Positions 52,413 through 63,817 of a stretch of 64,000 bases of DNA are shown here, piece by piece; the stretch's first letter is position 1; every line of letters begins with the position of its first letter. The DNA is taken from assembly GCA_000934665.2 (NCBI GenBank), contig JYFJ02000732.1, forward strand, positions 1-64,000, in the 5' to 3' direction. The notes under the pieces were generated by a model that searched no databases, was not told where the DNA came from, and saw only the letters and a program-made list of their open reading frames with translations. This DNA comes from Catajapyx aquilonaris. Taxonomy: Eukaryota. The position numbers were made by a program, and so were the translations under genes.

Positions 52413-53520
52413 TTATGCATGTCCTGCATGAGTCAACATATGTCTCTTTAAATTACATGCCTGACTAAACTCCTTATGGCACAATCGGCAAACAAATGGC
52501 TTTTCTCCCGTATGAGTTACCATGTGTGATTTCAAATAAGAAGCCAAGCTGAACTTTTTCTCACACACATGACACTCAAATAGCTTTTCACCAGTGCCAG
52601 TGTGGGTGACCATGTGAACTTTCAAATTGGAAGCCTGCCGAAAGGTTTTCAAGCACACCTGACAAGCAAATGACTTCTCTCCTGTGTGAGTCATTCTGTG
52701 AGTTTTTAAATTACATGCATGAGTAAACTTCTTCTCGCACACATCACACGCAAATGGTCTTTCGCCTGTGTGACACTTCATATGCTCCTTTAAATGTGAT
52801 GCCCGATAAAACTTTTTTTGGCACAGTTGGCATCCAAATGGCATGTTTCCAGTGTGCGTCATCATATGCTCCTTCAATTTAGCCGATTCAATAAACCTTT
52901 TCTCACAGAGTTGACAAGAAAAGGGCTTTTCTCCCGTGTGAATTAGAAGGTGAGTTTTTAAACCAGTTGAGCGAGTAAACCTCTTCTGGCACAAATGACA
53001 ACTAAACGGCTTTTCTCCCGTATGAACCGTAACATGTTTTTTCAAGTCACCTCTTAATCTAAACTTTTTCTGACACACGCTGCAGGTAAATGGTTTTTCG
53101 CCCGTGTGAATGAGCTTGTGGTTTTTCAAAACACCTGCTGCACTGAACTCTTTCTCACACTCCTGACAATAAAATGATTTTTTTCCTTCACTTGATCCAT
53201 GACTTTGTGGCGGGACTCCTTCTGTCGCACTCCCATCATCTTCACTTCCTTGCACCACCTGGAAGATGCATTTTATTAGTACTAGGTTAGCCAGGTCTCA
53301 TGCGTTTCCTGTTGCCAACCTGACGGGCGTCTTCTGCCAATGGGTCACGTGTGTTTTCAGTGGCTTCCGGCATGACGGACATCTCTTCCTCCAGCTTAAC
53401 CTCCCTGGTCCCATCTTCAGAGCTAGACTCATCAGAGCCCGAAGGAGTTTCCTGCTTCATCTCCACCTTCCACTCTTCCTTCACGTTGACTACTTCATGT
53501 CCAACCTTCTCCTCCTCCAT
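52413..53520 (-). CDS. Cassette 20: acidic exon + C2H2 protein (9 fingers)
   Basis: Exons 53520-53320 and 53258-52413. Confidence 0.9.
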
Positions 53521-53667
53521 GGTCCTAAAGAAGAATTTGCTCATCAAGGTCATGTGTACAACATCGCAAGGGAACCCTTGCCTTCCTATGTTTGGCAGCC
53601 GCGTCTCTCCAACTGAGGATCAGACCCTTAGGAAAAACCACTGGAAAAACAGAGTCAATCAGATGCA

Positions 53668-53746
53668 GCAGCCATCTTGGATAATATATCAGCTGGGGTG
53701 CGTTCCTACCAGCGACTACAGAAACAGATGGACCGTTCCTTGTCCA
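53668..53746 (-). promoter_or_regulatory. Cassette promoter 20
   Basis: GCAGCCATCTTGG, GGGTGCGTTCC, CCGTTCCTTGTCC. Confidence 0.75.
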
Positions 53747-54487
53747 GTCATTTCGATGAGATTAACCGCTAATCATATAGCTCCTGCACTAGCCGTTATT
53801 GCTATCGCATGCTGCTTTTCACACTAATTTATTAAGAACTTGTGCCCTGCCTGCCCGGCTAAGGGACAAGAAAGGCCTGGCTTTCTCCTCCCAGCGTACC
53901 CCCAAAAGGACAAGACCACAGTTCTGACTACCAACCGCTTTTAATCCTCATCTGCATACTACACATCATACGTACATACCGCCTTTGGCCAACAGTCGGG
54001 CAGTGCCCCTTGCTACAAACACACTCTTCAAAAAACACAGGCCAGTCTCTCCTTCGACCACACCAACCACACCCTTGTCTGGCTCACACTTTGCTCTACC
54101 TCAGCTGGTCCTTACTCTGCCCTTCTTCCTGTGACCCGTCTCCCCCAAGCCTCTGTTAGCTGGCTCCCCTATCAGTCCCTGCTGACCAGATGTCCCTGAC
54201 CAAATTATAGACGTCTGAAGCACTTTTAAAAGGAAGTAATAAATATTATTATTCTGGCAGTTACTGGTGTTGTTTTGCAATTTTCTTCATACAGCCTGTC
54301 GGTTGTGGGTGCAAAATGATGTCAAAATCCAGGTCAGCGATCTTGCAAACAATGGAAGCAACCTTTACAATTCATTTCCATGGTATAGTTTACAGGGTAA
54401 CATATTTTATGGTGACGTTATTTCCCACTCACACTACTGTGCGGCGGGACTTTGATGGCAAGAACTGGGTCAGTTCCTAAAACTAAG

Positions 54488-55954
54488 CTATTTATCAGCA
54501 ATTTTATTCAATACTCCCAACAACTGACCCATGAGGTTCTTATTATCCTCATGGGCTTCCCTGAGCATGCGGAGGGTTTCTTGATGCTGCTGCTGCTGCT
54601 GCTGTAGCGCTTCTCTTAGCACCGCCACAATTTCATCCTTCACCCTCTCTGCAGCACTCCCCTTGAATCTTTTCCTCTTCACCACAGGTGGTAGCGCTTC
54701 TCTTTGCACCGCCACAATGTCGTCCTTCACCCTCTCTGCAGCACTCCCCTTGAATCTTTTCCTCTTCACCACAGGTGTTCCAAGTCCTGAAAGGATTTCC
54801 TTTATGTCGCATGACCACAATTCGGAGGCTATTGACACAGACACACCTAGGTATAGCACAGATGCTGACGAATCCTGAGTCATACCAGATGAGTTCCTGC
54901 TGGAGCTCCGCACACTGTCGTCAGAGCAGCCACTGGTGCTGGAATGGCTCCCTGTGGAGAATACAAATGCATCAGTTGTAGCTGTTACAACTAATCGGTC
55001 GTCTGCTGGGAGTGCTCCAACAGCTCCAGTGCGCAGTGGGCCACTTTGGATTAGAACTAGCTCCACTTTTAGGTGCAGCAAACGGGGCGCAAGGTTACCT
55101 CCAGCTCCCAGGATGGTGTCCTGGATGGCTAGTGGTGTGACATTCGGCCTGTCGCCCATAAGCTCCTCCATCTCATCTTCATATGGACATGTTCTCCTGC
55201 CATTTCCACTTTTGGAGTTGTGGTCCTTCACTCGCTTGTATGCACATTGCAGGGTTTTCCACCGACCCATCACTTGGGCAGTGGAATACGCAACACCTGC
55301 AGTGGCTTTGACTGAGTCTATCACCATCTGCCATAGGTGTTTTTTTTTTGTATCTTGGACTTGACCACTTCTCCCCCACCTCCTTCCACGCTGCGATGAG
55401 GGCGAGTGTGGCACGGCGACCCCAAACTGACACGGAAAACAGCCATTAGATACTTTCAACACCGTCGTTACAACAACTCCTCTGGTTCTCATAATACTGC
55501 AACATGGCACGTAATGGGACAGTGTCAACTCCATTGCGGTCACCAGATTTTCCTTACCTTCAGCATGTGTGCTACTCCCTTGTACTCCCTCCTATTGCCT
55601 CTTTCACTGCATGCACAGTTCTTTCATGTTGACAGTCCTACCTGTTCCTGTCACAGCCTCACTTGGGCAACTGCCTCCTGTCTGTGGCACATTCTCCGGT
55701 CCCCTGTGTCCTGTCTCTGGCACATTGTCTTCACTCGTATTCCTGTTGCCAACCTGACGGGCGTCTTCTGCCAATGGGTCACGTGTGTTTTCAGTGGCTT
55801 CCCGCATGACGGACATCTCTTCCTCCAGCTTAACCTCCCTGGTCCCATCTTCATAGCCAGACTCATCAGAGCCCGAAGGAGTTTCCTGCTTCATCTCCAC
55901 CTTCCACTCTTCCTTCACGTTGACTACTTCATGTCCAACATTCTCCTCCGACAT
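54488..55954 (-). CDS. Cassette 21: acidic exon + trihelix/Myb-SANT-like domain + coiled coil (one frameshift in an A10 run; possible pseudogene)
   Basis: Exon 55954-55642 (phase 1) joins the acceptor at 55426: WGRRATLALIAAW...YKKK/HLWQ...RWKTL..AYKRVKDHNSKSGN...PYEDEM. Confidence 0.65.
54604..54777. repeat. 87-bp coding tandem duplication
   Basis: PVVKRKRFKGSAAERVKD(D/E)IVAV(Q/L)REAL occurs twice. Confidence 0.9.
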
Positions 55955-56105
55955 GGTCCTAAAGAAGAATTTGCTCATCAAGGTCATGTTTACAACAACA
56001 TCGCAAGGGAACCCTTGCCTTCCAATGTTTGGCAGCTGCGTCTCTCCAACTGAGGATCAGACCCTCAGGAAAAACCACTGGAAAAAACAGAGTCAATCAG
56101 ATGCA

Positions 56106-56181
56106 GCGGCCATCTTGGATAATCAGCTGGGGTGCGTTCCTACCAGCGACTCCAGAAACAGATGGACCGTTCCTTTGTCCA
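56106..56181 (-). promoter_or_regulatory. Cassette promoter 21
   Basis: Near-identical to promoter 20. Confidence 0.75.
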
Positions 56182-56933
56182 GTCATTTCGATGAGATAAA
56201 CCGCTAATCATACCGCTCCTGCACTAGCCGTTATTGCTATCGCATGCTGCTTTTCACACTAATTAAATGTTGAACTCAAGGTGGTTAATTAATTTTAATT
56301 TAAGTGCGGCTCGGGTCAGGTCCAAATATTCCACGAATCTGTTTGACCATGTAACAGTACATTTACATGCAAGTACTTTTATTTTCTATAAATTTATATT
56401 TTTTGATAAGTTTGTGACACAGAATGCGACCTCCACTTTCGGAATGTCTGCCCCGAAATAAAAACATACTGGCCCCTACACTCTTATAAAAATTCCTCAG
56501 CATTGGTAAGGTATGACCCTCTTTGCGCATTATTCTTAAAGTCATGAAAGCAAATTAAAAGTGTTCCTCTTGGCGTGACCTGGATGACAAGTGTTTGTGC
56601 TGCAGCGGAAAATGAAGAGAGCGGATGTCTTATCTGGTAACAAATATCAGCACATAAACTGGGTATGGCTTTTTATAGGAATGACGATATTTTAAAAAGA
56701 GAGTATAATGTATCTCAGTAATGAATTAGGTGCGTTTATTAATCTTTAATCAGGTCCATGTACCAACTGGATCACTGCGAAGTAAAATTACATGACCGCA
56801 TGCACCACTTGTGCGACTTGGAATTACTTTTTTTCATACATACACACATACATCACATAGCTGTACTTATATAGAATATTATTGTTGTTACCATCATTGT
56901 CTTTCCCAGATGTTACACTTGCTTAAGACCTTC

Positions 56934-58011
56934 TCACCTTGTGTGAGTCTTCATGTGATTCTTTAGAACTTTTGCCCAACCAAACGTTTTGTGGCACACT
57001 TCACAAACAAATGGCTTTTCACCTGTGTGGGTTACCATATGAGATGTTAAGTGATCAGCCCGATAAAACCTCTTTTGGCAACATTCGCAGCTAAATGGCA
57101 TATCCCTAGGCACTTCACCTGTGTGAGTACGATTATGTATTTTCAATTTAGATGCATCAGCAAACTTTTTATCACATAATTCACAAGAAAACGGCTTTTC
57201 TCCTGTGTGAGAGAGCAGGTGTCTGTTTAAATTAGACCTTTGAGTGAACCTTTTCTGGCACACAGGACAACCTAATGGCCTCTCACCTGTGTGAACCATC
57301 ATATGCTTGTTCAAATCACCTGTTAATCTAAACCTCATCTGGCATAGGTCGCAAACAAATGGCTTTTCCCCAGTGTGAATTAACATGTGTCTTTTCAAGC
57401 CACTGGCTTGTCTAAACTTCTTCTGGCATAAATGGCAAGCCAATGACTCTTCCACTTCATGTGTCGTGTGATTTTGCACTTGGGTCAAATCCCTCGCTTC
57501 TTCCTGAAAAATAAAAAATTACGTTTTCAGTGCATGGATATGAGCCAAACTTTTGGCCAAAATAGTATCACAATTTCAGTTAAAGACATCATTACACTTC
57601 TTGTCATAAATTCTGTACTGTTATATGAATAGTTATTAGCTCTGTGCATAATGCGCATATCCCATTACAATATTATTACAACTTAAGCAACATTTTGTCA
57701 TTCCATTTGTGTTGCATTTTAGTTGATTGACAACGAGCCCTTAACGTATGAGTTCTTACAAGGTGAGCGTTGCCGGTGCTCCCATGAGTAACAGCCAGTG
57801 GATCATCCATGTCGCCAGTGGCTTCCGGCATGACGGACACCATCTCTTCCTCCACCTTAACCTCCCTGGTCCCATCTTCAGCATCATCAGACTCATCAGA
57901 GCCCGAAGGACTTTCCTGCTTCACCTTCCACTCCTCCTTTTCCATCATTACTCCGTCTACTTCATGTTCCTCTTCGACTTCCTCCTTGATCCAAAGCACC
58001 TCCGATGACAT
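56934..58011 (-). CDS. Cassette 22: acidic exon + C2H2 protein (6 fingers)
   Basis: Exons 58011-57760 and 57503-56934, phase 0. Confidence 0.88.
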
Positions 58012-58179
58012 GGCCCTGCAAATAATAATAATTGCTCATCACGCCTTTCCCTTCCTTTCGCCATTGACTCACCCTGTAGCTGCAGCTCCTTTCCAGGCGA
58101 TCCAGGATCAGCTCCAGGCAAACCCGGCGGCCCAAGCGCAATTATTCAACCCGCAAAAATGAAATCCGCCCAACGGACA

Positions 58180-58228
58180 GGCGGCCATCTTTGATATGCA
58201 AATGACTGGGTCGCATTCCCATCGCCGC
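58180..58228 (-). promoter_or_regulatory. Cassette promoter 22
   Basis: GGCGGCCATCTTTG, ATGCAAAT, GGGTCGCATTCCC variant. Confidence 0.7.
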
Positions 58229-59177
58229 ACAAAAAAACAGAAGGAACGGCTTCCATCACGATGGTCTTAACCGCTATTTAACTATAACAGCTGCTCCTCT
58301 CATCCAGTAAAAGCGACTCGCTCTTTCCTGCCTCCCTTAATCATATTTAAATGAAAGTTCATACAAGTTGCATAAACAGGGTAAACCTATAAAAATGGGT
58401 GATGTTATACATACAAGCTTAATTACTTGTCCAGTAATTACCATAATTTGGAAATTACTCGGTTATTAATTATACAATCATTTATTATTTACCTGCATAG
58501 TTAATGTATTCAGATGTGTTCCTTAATTAATGGCTAATTAAGGCCCTAGTAGTTCCCTTGATCCAAAACAATGGTAAAATATGGCTTGGGTGATAAAGGC
58601 ACATGTTCGCAACGGGGCAAGGATAACGTGGCAGCCATCGCAATTAACTTTATTCAGTATCTAACCATTGCCAGCAACAATCGGAGGTAAATGCCTGACA
58701 AATGCCAACCGTTAAACCATAATTAACCTGCTATGGAAAAAAAAGTGCCTAACATTCTTTACGTTATGTTCCCTGCAAATTTTTTAAATGTTATAAAATA
58801 CTCTATGATTCGTATCCAATGTTGGAGTTTTATTCAGTCCCCTACAATATACCGTATATCAAAAAACTGAGCGCAAAAAATCTACCACTTTCTGATATCA
58901 GGAAAAACTGGAGCATACTGGCTCATCTAATAACTGAATCATAATTCATGTTGGAAATGTTGCTTCCTAGTTAAGGTGGGGGGAATTTGAACTTTCATAC
59001 TGAATCGTTAAAAAGGTACACAACTGATGCCAAAGTCAGAAAATTACTGATGAGTCACTTCCAAGAAGAGCAACGATGCTGGGAAGCTTTCCCTGAAAAT
59101 TGAAATATCATGTTACAGTAGAATATACCAGCAAATTACGTGCTTGCAGTAATGCCATTATTTTCCCCTCTTACATT

Positions 59178-60888
59178 TCAGATCCTTTTGTTGTAATTGA
59201 TAAATAGCATCATTTTTGCCTTTTCTGAGCTCAGTCGATTCCTGTTCTCGGTAAGAGCACGGCCAGCTTTAGAAAATACACTCTTGCATGGCACCGATGT
59301 GCCCTGAACACACAGATGATTTCTGGCTAATTTGGAGAGCACAGGGTATGCGTCTCCACGTGACTGCCACCATTGCACAGGATCCCCAGTAGTCTCCAGG
59401 TAAGGTGCGTCCAGATATCTGCCAAAATAATGAACGCATTAAAAATCTCAGCCCATCCATCCGCATGGTTTGCATAAACTCACCGTTGCAGTTCAAAGAT
59501 TGCTCGAGCCTGGGGAGTTCCAGTTGCTTGAGCATCGCTTTTTTTCTTTTCTAAGTCTGACAATAGAAATAGTGTAGCTCCCTGACCAGGTGAGGAAGTT
59601 CTAGGTGGTTCTGATTCGGTGACTTGTTGTATTCCCTTCAGATCATCTTCCACCATCAGCATTGCTCGTATTTGGCGCTTCATCTTGTCACTTTGACGAT
59701 AGTCTCGGAAGGGCAGCAGTTTGAAACGTGGATCTAGAACCGTTGCAACTCCCAGAGTGGAATCATATTCGATATCTTTCAGCATGTCTGCCTCGCTTGC
59801 CTTCTCATCAATGCGGTTGAGCACCTTTTCTGTCAGATCTGAATACGACTTTTGACTGAACTTATCAATAAGGTCTCTGAGACCATATGTGTAGGGGATA
59901 AGTAGTGACCCAGACACATAGTCTTCCCTGCCCAAGGCTGCTGCTAATTCCTCCCAAGGCTTTATAATCGCCACTAGCTGCCTACAAGTCTCAAGCTCCT
60001 CGTTGGTGAGCATTGGAAAATGATCACCCAGCACTGCCAGTGTTGTCCGAATAGCTTCCTCCTGCTCAATGAATGTCTTCAGCATGTAAAATACGGAGGT
60101 CCACTGTGCCTCGCATGACAATTTCAGCCGCTTTGGAGTACCATTAATTTCCTGCATCTCAGTCAGTTTCTCACCAGCAATATTGTTACACCGAAAGTGA
60201 TTCACAATTTCTTTAACGTTGTCTACGAGGGGTTTGGCAACCTCAAGCCCACAGTTCATAATCATGTTGAGCTTATGTGCAAAGCATCCAATCTGTTTCC
60301 ACTGATTTATATTGCCTATTTCTAGCATATCAGCAGAATTTTTGGTCACTAACCAACCAACCTTTGAATCTAAATCCCAGTCGTACCTCACACGTGCCAT
60401 CTCAGTGGCCATGTGCTCAGGAGTGTTACGACCGGTCATAACGATGCATTCCAGCAGAGCATGTTCCAAGACAAAGCCTTGCGTGATGCCATGAGCTGTC
60501 ACTGTCATAAAGCTTTCGCCTTTGCTTGAATTCCAGAAATCCGACGTCAAGCAGATTGTGCCCACTCCTGCCAGCCTTTGCTTTACTTCTTGCACACACG
60601 AGTGATACAAGGAGGGAAGGAAGGTCTTGGAAAAATACTTCTTGCTTGGAAGCTTGTAACTGGGATTGAGTGCCTGAACGAATCTTATAAACCCACTTGC
60701 TTCAACCAGTGACAACGGCAAGAAATGGTCAATGCACATTTGCATGAGAGCAGCGTTCGCGTTTTCCTGGCCAACCTCTGTGATTCGCTTTGGAATGAAA
60801 AAAGTGCTGGGTTGCTGCGTTGTTGCCATTGATCTCAAGCTAGCCTCACTTCCAGATGACGGATCACCAGCAGAGACTGATCCTTCAG
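59178..60888 (-). CDS. hAT transposase-derived exons (ZBED1/ZBED4-like body and dimerisation domain), probably catalytically dead
   Basis: Exons 60888-59484 and 59418-59178; LTSDFW, CFAHKLN, LDPRFK, WW...YP.LS.LA...L...TSVP. Confidence 0.85.
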
Positions 60889-61081
60889 CTGCAATGAATC
60901 ATGTTAATTTTAAGACACAGTGTCAGACAAATATTTTAAGAATGTTTCAATGGGCACAGACGTGAATTTCATGTTGTGGCTGTTTCTGGTCTCCCACTAC
61001 GCAATGTGGATGTTGGTAATAAATCCCTCTAAGGAAATGGTTGAACGACTAAACATTTGATGACCTCATTTATTAACATTA

Positions 61082-63404
61082 TTACTTGTTCTTACAAGCA
61101 GTGTTATAGTGGCACTTATAATTGCATTTGAGATTTCTCGAGCGACATTTACATTTCTTGTCACCGCAGTACTTTTTGCAAGTGCATCTTACGGCTCCCA
61201 GCCTGCTATCTGTATATAAAGCTGATGGCGACTGACGCGGTACAGAACTGGAAGGAACTTCATTCAGATTGATAACATCAATATCAGCAGTTGTGAACTC
61301 ATTCCGAGCATACAGCCTATCCAAAATGCCTTCCTTGGTGCCCAGCTGGTAGAACCCAGATTCATTAACACCTACAACAACTGCTAAAACATTGCTGGGA
61401 GCCAAACATTCTTGATTTGTTTTGGGCGCTATAACCACTACGCTTCTCCCTACATCGACAGCGGGGAGTGCTGAGTCGGACAGAGAAATCGCTTGCTCAG
61501 TTTGTTTTTTCTGACTGGATCTTGCATTTTTATGGTTACTTTTCATATTATCTTTATTCAAACACTGGTTGCAAATGATTTTCTGTCCAAACCCCTCATT
61601 TACTTCCGTGTATTTTCCGCAAAACACATGAACATACCGATCACAAACAAAACACTTGTTACCAGAACACTCGTTCTCACAAACTGCACAGTACACATTA
61701 TTTTCAGGTTCATCTTGAAGCATAGTGTTGGCTCCATCCTCATCTCTTCTGCTCTGAATGTTGTCAGGTTCTTCGTCGTCATCAGATTGTACTTTATTGC
61801 TGCCAATTTGTGAGATAAAGAGCTGTTCTAATTCCTCTTCAGTTTCTATCCGAGTGTAGACATCTTTTTGAAAGGTAGAATCTGCAAGTCCCATCCTTTT
61901 CGTAATTCCAAATGTAGCTCGATAAGGACTCATCTTAATTCCTGCATGAAAAGCTTGGTTCTTCTTGCTCTGAATAAAACGCAGTCCGTCTGACCATCTC
62001 TGTGATGTGTTGTCAGCCATCCACGCTCCAAGCATGTCTCTCACATCTTGGTTTGATACATCAACCGATCCCTGGCTTTGGGAATCTCGGGGCTTTCCGT
62101 GCACGAGCTTCAATCCTGGCCACATTTCGGCCAAATTCTTAATCACTTTGTGTGCAAATTCTCGTCCGTTATTGCTCTGAAGTATAAACGGAGCACCAAA
62201 GATACAAAAGATGTCCATTACTTGATAAGCCACTTCCTCAGCAGTTTGAGTTTTCAATGGACGAAGAACTGTAAATTGAGTTATATGATCTTGATAATTC
62301 AAAATGAAACAATATTCCCCATCTCGTTCTGACTGCATGTTGATCAGATCTATTTGACATCGAGAATTCATGTCATTCGAAAGAATTGGCTGAACTACCA
62401 ATCTCCGTTTGGCTGCTTTCTTCTTTAACTGACATTTCTTGCAAAGAGATATATAAAGTTCAATAACTTTGCGAGTAACATTGGAATACTTTGTCTTCAA
62501 TTCAGCTTCCATGACTGAAATGAATAAGGAAAAAAAACTAGTAAAACTTCTGTTGTGCACGTAAGGTTCTGTCATGTTTTCTCTCTCTGTCATTCATGCA
62601 CAGAGCAAACAATTTTATGCATTTGAATATTTTATATTTTGCCTTTTTAGGCCAAAAATATTTTGCTGTCAGCAAAAAATTTATTTTTTAATTACATTTT
62701 CATGCATGTATACTAGCACAAAAGGTGACTGTTTCCAGTAGATTATAACTAATTCTAAAATAGTTGCGGACAAAAAAATTTTAAACTGTGGTAAACCTAA
62801 TATTCTGTGAGCATAAAAGTCAGCACGTAGTGGCCTACAACATATTGCAGCATGGAACCAGACTTGCTAAAATGCTGAACCTGTCAAAAGGCGCTGGCTA
62901 CACAAAAAATTTCATTTCCATCCGCAAAGTTGCCCAAAATGGCTGAATAGACTTACAAATCCATAAAAAATCCATTAAAAATCATTAATACAGGTGTTAT
63001 TTACTTACTTCTGCTCTTTTTGTGTCCAAGGCTAAGATGCACAGATTCCAATATATCAAAAAGTTCATCACTGGTACAGAAGTAACGCATGTCCGAACCA
63101 CTTTTACGTGCACCACCGTCAACGAGCTTTTCTGTATCTCCAATTTTCACCACACCGTATCTTTTAATACGTCGGTACTGCTTCGATGTCAAATGCTGAT
63201 TGTTCCGTCGTAATTCATGAGCTTCTTTCACTTCACATAAAATTGTTTGGTAACGGTCAGCATCAAGCATAATGCATCTATCATTACTTGATTCCAACAA
63301 CTCTGTCAGTTTCTCATAAAAAATTTCCTTCACACTTTTGACAGCAGCCGTGGCTACGGACGTCCTACTCTGCTCACATTCATTTGCCAAATTCAGACAG
63401 CTGA
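61082..63404 (-). CDS. KRBA2/SCAND3-like integrase-derived exons with H2C2 finger, rve-like core and Cys-rich C-terminus
   Basis: Exons 63404-63009 and 62514-61082; H...GH...C..CQ, RCQIDL, FGAPFILQSNNGREF, SQSQGSV. Confidence 0.85.
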
Positions 63405-63817
63405 CTGAAAGAAGACAAGGGAGGCTCACAACATGTTGATCATGTTCAATGGGGAGAAACTTCCCATTTTGCAGAGTGGGAAATCAGAACCAGCCACAAC
63501 ACAAAATTCACATTGTGGCTATTTCAAAACGACCATGACCAGAAATTTCCATCTGTGGTCATTACGCATAGCCGACAATGCATTGTAGTCATTCTCTTCA
63601 CAAAATGAACATTTTAGAGGTATGTCATCCTGGTCCCAAGTACTCGATCGCGAATCAGGATAATGGTTCTCAAAAAATGTAGAAAGTGGACACCATTGCC
63701 CAAAATCTTTTGCGTCCCCCACAATTGTGTTCAGGTACCCCAGTTTGAAAACCACTGCCCTAATCAAACCTGACTCATGTTACTGGCAAACAATTCATTA
63801 ATGGAGAAGAAGCCTAC

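Noticed and set aside
54267..54455. Possible remnant of a Harbinger nuclease facing the trihelix ORF
   Set aside because: No diagnostic motif could be supported by eye
208..58011. KRAB, ZAD, SCAN or BTB domain in the N-terminal exon
   Set aside because: No conserved Cys pairs or hydrophobic domain pattern; the exon looks acidic and disordered
199..58162. Plus-strand Ser/Leu-rich ORFs and ORFs overlapping finger arrays
   Set aside because: They are antisense shadows of the acidic exons and C2H2 exons
61082..63429. LTR retrotransposon integrase
   Set aside because: No RT, RNase H, gag or LTRs; it contains an intron and resembles KRBA2/SCAND3-type integrases
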